A stretch of DNA of 50,028 bases from Mesotaenium endlicherianum (taxonomy: Eukaryota): contig WELA01003517.1 in the NCBI GenBank assembly GCA_009602735.1, forward strand, positions 418,028 through 468,055. The letters run 5' to 3'. Under the pieces are notes generated by a model. That model worked only from the letters and a program-made list of their open reading frames with translations. It searched no databases and had not been told where the DNA came from. A program made the position numbers and the translations under genes. This document shows, piece by piece, positions 35,154-50,028 of this stretch (position 1 is the first letter of the stretch; each line of letters starts with the position of its first letter).

Positions 35154-36339
35154 ATGGCAGCAAATGGTGCGGTTGCCAGTGGCGATGCATCTCGTTGGCA
35201 TGTAGTCTATCCAATATACCTAAACTCCAAGAAGACTCTTGCAGAGGGAAGGCGGTTACCTGCAAGCAAAGCAGTGGAAAACCCAACTTTGTTAGAGATA
35301 TGTGACTGTCTCAACTACCTGAAGGTTCCTTTTCAGCCTGAGGTGCGTCTGTGTTTTGGACGTACTGAATTTGAAGCAAAATGAGGGTTGATGGTATTCA
35401 CGCTGATTTCATAACCACAAATGGAGTTTACTTTCAAATGGGAGTATGAAGCACTCATGAGGAAGGAACGGGGAGTGTCGCAGTCAACTATATATGGTGT
35501 CATGATTTGCACATACGTACTTTTGAGCTACCTTTTCAGAGCCTAAACACAGCTCACACAGGGCTGCCATACGAGGTGGATGCATGGTGGATGCATGGCA
35601 TTCTTATGGTGGATGCATGGCATGCCGCTTTGGTGTACGTCCTTTTGTCATTTTGTCCGCAATGAACCTTCCCTATTCACATATGTGCATCCTGTTGTGT
35701 GTGTACGTCATGTTGATTGATCACAAAAGCCCATGAAGGGGTATTCGAGAGATTTTCTGCAAAGAGGCAGAGTTCGCGTCCAACTCAAACGATCGGAAGG
35801 AAATCCAATAAACCCTGCAATACCCGACAGTAAGTTGTCTCACCTTACCTCATTTCTTGTCAGCTATAGAGATCCTTATGGATGGAACGTGTTAAGGATT
35901 TCAAGCCAGGAACGCTTGGGACTTTGCAGGCATATTGGCTTCGTACAATCACCACACCCTTTGTCATTCTGTAATCAATCTCCCTTTCATAGCTTGCATT
36001 GGGTTTGCGTGTGCCGTTTGTCATGCTTCTGTGTAAGGCCAGTCTCAGAGCTTAGGGTTTGAGGGCTGAAAGTGAACAGTACTCGGGCGAGCTGCAGTAT
36101 GGAGGTGACGGACTAATGAGGGACGTATGGTGTTGAGACTTGGTGGAGCCTGTATGCTTTTTCTAATTGCAGCTTAAAATTGTTATATTGTGCCTGCAGA
36201 AAAGGCCCTATTGCTAAAACTAGCGAACCTTATTCCAAAACATCAAGGCAGGACAAAGAAGCAAGAGCAGCCCGCAGCAACCAACTCAGCGGGCTCCGTA
36301 TCTGAAAAGAAAGGAAAAGGAGGCAAAAAGAAGAAGTAG
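35154..36339 (+). CDS. SRP19: Signal recognition particle 19 kDa protein. Exons 35154-35342, 35730-35829, 36200-36339
   Basis: W..VYPIYLNSKKT.AEGRR, KGYSRDF..RGRVRVQLK and basic C-tail GKKKK. GT-AG introns with consistent phases. Confidence 0.96.
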
Positions 36340-37932
36340 TATTAGGTTCTGTAGAGATGTCGTGCAAGCTTTATATTAGGAGTATTCGGCACCTTGCCAC
36401 CTGTCGCAATAGGCCTGGATATTTTTTTCTTGGTAACCCTCCTCAATTAGTTCTTTGTTATGATTGAGAGAGTCCCTACACTCCTCATCAAGCCCTGGAA
36501 GTTGGTATTATCATTTGACGCAGCCTTGTATAGGTCCAAACTTGTCACCGTATACAAGTACATGATGTAGAGTGATTTTACAAATGATGAGATACTGTAG
36601 GAGTGGCACCCCTTGTGAGGGCCAGTAGCGCCAAGGCCCCTCTGCTGTTTTTCCTTGAGAGGCTTGGCCTCAACTAGAACAGTCATGTACAAACAGTAGG
36701 CTGTTGGTACCATCTTCCCGGCAGTGGAGGCAGTAACTTACTAAATTGGATGGCAAAGGCCAAAGCAAGGAGTGACCATGCATATTGGCCTGTACAACAA
36801 GATTGGCAATGGCCTGATGTAAGAAATTTTGATATTCCCGTGTATATGATGATCTCAAAAATGTATGCTGTTGATATCGACTAGATGTCGTTTTTCCAGC
36901 AAAAATCCAAGAAATTCTGTAATTCCATTCATGACAGACGAGAGTGCTGCGGAAAATCAAATATTATTATGGGCAATTAGCCATGAGGACCAAAAATGAT
37001 GAAAATGGCAATTTCGCCTTTTCACTAAAATGATTAGTAGGTTGGCAGATGTTTAACCATGGTGGATATCTTGGTGCAATTGCACTTTTATATATAACCA
37101 GTCATTGAGAGAGGGTATTAATGTTTATGGACGGAAGAAGGAATGCCTCAAAAGTATGAGGAAAAACTGTGTATGAAACGCTTTCCTGATCTTATGAGGG
37201 AGGCTGTCCAGGAGTCATTTACTCAGGAGCAGCAGACTTGTGGACTTCTGCAGACAAGCCTGGTATAAATGGGTAGCGTCTTGTTGAACAAACAGTCATG
37301 CTACTTCTACACGGAGAAAATGTACCGAGTGAAGTGACAGTGGCCCACTTTGATGAGTAAAGAGTCAACATTTTACACATTTTTTAACATTGGATTCACG
37401 CATACAAGTCTCACTTTCGTCATACAATGTATTCGGCACTTATAGTATGTATTGGGCAGCTTCTGTAGTACCAAAGAATGCACTTTTGTTCAACTCAGCT
37501 ACCATTTCAAAGGCAGAAGCCTAATTTGGGGTACTGACAGTCAGCTAGACCACTTTCATTCCCCTCGAAGCAGGCAGTGCAGCAAAAATCTTATTTATCT
37601 TTTCAAGGATGTAATGAGCTGCTATACGACAATGATGTCGATCGACGATCACTGCTGAATGGGCAAGCATAATCATGCTTCTGTTTACAGTTACAGCAAC
37701 ACATTGTATGGAGTTAACAAATCAGCATCCCAACTTGCCATGCATCCAAATGCTGGCCTTCACATGCAAAATCAACATCCTGAAACAAAAAAGTGCTGTA
37801 GTTTTCAGGAGAAGTAATCTGGCCCTTGTTGGCAATTATTTGACAGTCATATTTACAAGACACACAAGTGCTTGCAAGAATTGTGAATGTAGCACTTATG
37901 CTGAAACACGCTCTACCCTCAACCTGCCAGCA

Positions 37933-40013
37933 TCACTCCTGCTTTGAATGTGCCCGACGCTTGCAGCACCAGTCTGCCACAATCAGGCACATTGTCCATG
38001 TGCCTAAGAAAATACCCATAATAGCGTATGTACCCAAAACAATACTTTCTCGTGGTAAGGGACATTGCTGCATCCATATAGTACCATTAGGATAAAATGC
38101 AGCAAGTAAGAACGCAGGATCATCTCTATTTTTCCAGGAGAATGAGGGAACAGTGACTTCCTGAATGCCACCAGGGTGCATCCTGCTGCAAGACCGATGG
38201 GTATGGGCACTGAACACTATCCTGCAAGAACCACTCAGCAACTCGAATAAGCCTCAAAGGAAGGACTTTCCACTAACTACGTATGTTGATTGATGAATAT
38301 TGAAAGCTGCATGCACATGCATATCCTTACTGAGGGTCTTCGTTTCAAGCTCAACGACTGTGCTGGTGTTACGACATGAAGGACAAGAAATATCATTTAA
38401 ATGTGATCCAGCGCTGATTTCAACAGAACCACCCCTTGCACCACAGGAGGAACTTCAATTTGCCTAAGGCTAGAGCTGAGATACCATTTGGAGCATACCT
38501 TGGCTTCAACGCATGAAGGAGATAGCGAGTAGCATTTTCTGTAAGTACATCCATTCCCGGGGTGTATGGCTTCTCAGGAAGGGGAGGCCTGCAGGTAGGA
38601 AACTAGCAGTCTGCGTCAGTTGAGATCAGACTGAACACCCACTGATGCCCAAGACTTGGTTTGGAGAGGTATTTGAAGCAGTTGTTCTGTCACTAAAAGG
38701 GCATTGTGAAGGCCCCTACTATCTTGTAATGAGCATCTTATTTATGGCCAACAGTGGCTGCTAATAATATATCACGTGCATGCAGGACAATAGCTATTTC
38801 GCGTGCTTGGATTTCCAGCAAGAGAAGCAACAGACAAATCCATGAGAACAGAAGGAACTTATGATAGAAGACAGGCTTACAAATCGGATGCAGCGTTTAT
38901 GTCAAGGCAGGCGCCCTCCACTTGGTGCCATGGACCACAGCGCGGAATGTCAATCTTCTCACATACGCTCTCGTCAACCCGATACAGTGGCAGATGCAGC
39001 AGCAAGACAGGGCCGGCCGGTTCTGCATCTACACTCTTGTTCAGAGTATCTTTTGCTGCTTCAAAAGACCCCTCAAAGCTTGCCTTTCCACCTTCGTCCT
39101 TGATACTACCATACTCTGGCAGGTTCGCCAACAACCGCTTATTCTTGTCTGTCTTACTGGCCAGCTCAACCACCTTCTCCGTCTCTGTGCAAAGTGGACT
39201 ACCATCTCCAGTGAGACTCATTGCGTTGAGTGACACGAAGCTTAAGTTGCCCCACTCAAAAATGCTGCTGCTACTCGGATTCCGTGCAGCAAATTTGTTT
39301 CCGAATCGCTGTACGACATCTGCTTTCAGCTTACCATAGTCTCCCACATCATGGTTACCGGCTACAACATGGACAGGTAGCTCAGAGGGCCTTCCTGTTA
39401 TCCTCCTGAACCTCTTGACGATGGCCTTCCACTCATCATCAGTAGCTTCGCTTCCATTGTCTGATATGTCTCCCAGCACAAGCACCATATCTGGATGAAG
39501 TTGATACAGTGCTCGCTGCACAGACATGAACAAGTGGATATAGTGGACACTATATAAAAAACATAAAAACATAGCAGACAGTTTGCATTCAAAGTAAAAA
39601 GTCAAACTTGATAAATAAGCTGAAAAATCACCTCCCCTTCTTTCTAGCGAATGTCGAATAGCTTCCAAATTTACACATATGAATATTATTGCGATTTCTA
39701 TGAGCACCGTATTTCCTTGATTGTTATATGCACATACCTGCAATGCTCTCTTCATACACCACTCTCGCCTGAAACGATCAATGGACCAAGAGTGAGGACC
39801 AAGAATGTCAAGATCAGCAATGATCAAAGTTCTGAGTGTCCTGGGAGGCAACAATTTTGTTTTCCGCGTAGGGGGCGGAAGCTTTTTCATTGAAGGATCT
39901 TTTGCAGGCCATCTGCAGACTGTTTTTTGATATGATACGTAGTGGATGGCGTACTCGCAGAAGAACACTGTTGCAGTGAAGAGAAATATTATCACGAGAC
40001 ACTGACGCCACAT
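37933..40013 (-). CDS. Metallophosphoesterase 1 (MPPE1/PGAP5/CDC1-like, GPI remodelling). Exons 40013-39738, 39515-38881, 38588-38499, 38221-37933
   Basis: IADL, LGDISD, GNHDVG, HLPL, FSAHTH and EVTVPSFSW motifs; N- and C-terminal hydrophobic segments; phase-consistent GT-AG introns. Confidence 0.92.
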
Positions 40014-41783
40014 GTTGTTTTCTGGCGGGTGCTGCAATGAAAATGCAGCAGTTAGGCTTGAACATCTTGATTCTGAAAAGCATCACACATATTCGTATAT
40101 TTGTAAGAAAGTCTCAGTCCTTTCATGTCAACATGGTTCAGATCCAAGTACTATTTTATATCGGCGAGGACAATGATGTTCGTTGTCACTTTTGACGCCG
40201 GTTTGCTCCGTGCTGATTAATTAATGGAGAACCCGGGGGTAACAAAACTAGCTCAAGTACCTGCTTAAAACGTCGTGACATTCCTCACCCAGTTGCTTAC
40301 ACGAGTCGACAACTCGTCGACACCGTTGCTCCGCTTCCCCACGATGTAGCTGATCAAAGCAAGTGCAAGTGTCGTGCATAGGCGCAACTAGGTGATACCA
40401 GGCGTGACAGACCAAATTATGTCATATGTACAAACCCAGCCAATGTCGCAATTCATTAATACGATTTCCCAAGTACGTCTAAGAGTGCTCACAAGCATGG
40501 TTCCATAGATGCATGTGAAAATCATGCAATATCATCTCTCAATTTTATTCCGCAAATTTGAAATCATCATAGCCATTGCGGCGCCGTCATTACGCAAGCC
40601 ATCTAGTAGACACGACAATGGTGGCCATTACCTAGAACAGTGCAATAAGAGCACGTACAATTCCTCTACCGCATCGGATTCTGTCTTCTTGCAGCTTTGG
40701 CCCTCGGACATTGTCCAAGACTGGCCAAGTGCCAAAGTTACAAACAAGTCCAACAAGGGTCAATTTGTAGCTGGATGGCAATAAGGAGGTACCGAATTGC
40801 TCCTTACATGGTACATGCAGGCCGTGCAACACAATCACTGGATGAGGGAGGTGGACGAGGGTCAAGAGAAAGCTGCATGCCAGGCTATACACATCCCAGA
40901 AGAAACCCTTATCTGCTTGAGGTACAAGTACAAGATTCACAGAACGTACTAAGCGGTCACGGTCGCAATGGTGCACCCCATCGCTTCTGCCAATAGTATG
41001 TGCCAGCAGCTGTCGGGCAAAGAGAGCCCAGCTGTATCGGGTGGCGTACACTTGGAACTGCTTTTAGACGAAGCCCCCCATGCCAACCAAAGGGGCTCTG
41101 AAGCAGATATGAGCGGGTGCCTGCTGCTTTCATGTCGACCCTTGGATGTAAATCCTACTCCCCAAAAAGGCTTCCATGACAGCGCGCGCACATGCCTGCA
41201 CAGGGCCCAGCCCAGCGCAGCCCAGCCCACCCCAGTTCAGTGTTCCTAGGAGCCATCAGCACGGCCAATGCACCTTCTAGTTGAGCAAAGGTCATGCACT
41301 GTGCCATACTCCTTGACGCAAGTCAGCACCCGCACATCCACACACCAAGGCAGCCAAGATGCAGTGCCTTCTCTGCATGGAGCGTCACAAGATTGGCAAA
41401 CTCTATCATTGACATTCCACGACGCGCGCAATATACTTTTGATGTCTTGTCATCTTCAAGACGTTCTCGTCCCATACAGTAAGTCAGCCACAGGTTGCCT
41501 GTCCAACTAGCAAAAGCAGGTGCAAGGACAGGTCCAGCCCTCTACGCCCTAGAATGCTTCATGCCAGCTGTGCTAGTGCTCGATGAGGCGATGCCAGGAC
41601 TGAGTCGACAGCCAGTACACTTCACATGTTCCAAACATAACCCTTAGAGGGCAGCCCAAGAGGCAGGGTTGCGGAAGGAAAGCATCATGGATGGGGCAAG
41701 CTCAGAGCGTACCGAGAGGTGGATGTCTTATGTGCTCCCTAGGGACAGGCACTAGCATGAGAAGATATAGGCCTTTGCTGCGC

Positions 41784-49990
<8,207 letters not shown>

Positions 49991-50028
49991 CTGCCACGCA
50001 CACGCACACCCCCCCCCCCACCCCCCCC

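Noticed and set aside
35574..35622. GGTGGATGCATGG repeated three times in SRP19 intron 1
   Set aside because: Short slippage-type repeat with no further support for function.

Overview
Eukaryotic genomic DNA with spliceosomal introns. The plant-type genes, GC-rich exons and microsatellite-rich introns suggest a streptophyte green alga (inference). About 1-35 kb is a nest of mobile elements: (i) an intact chromodomain-bearing Ty3/gypsy element (3721-10410, TSD TCAGG) inside an older degenerate Ty3/gypsy element (1503-14730); (ii) seven near-full copies plus a fragment of one ~720-bp LTR family, several as solo LTRs with 5-bp TSDs; (iii) a foldback-like DNA element with ~1.3-kb terminal inverted repeats and a 7-bp TSD (20347-34727); (iv) a PAT-like DIRS tyrosine-recombinase retrotransposon with split direct repeats (27836-34693) inserted in one TIR arm of that element. 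Four host genes were reconstructed: a plant DUF7796-like protein fused to a METTL24/FkbM-like domain, SRP19, an MPPE1/CDC1-like metallophosphoesterase, and the 3' part of a YAK1 kinase. The most unusual signals are a heavily base-paired, partly covarying RNA-like core with a possible pseudoknot in the LTR family, and a shared GTCAAA...TTTGAC inverted-repeat architecture at both the DIRS circle junction and its target site. All alignments and folds were done by eye.
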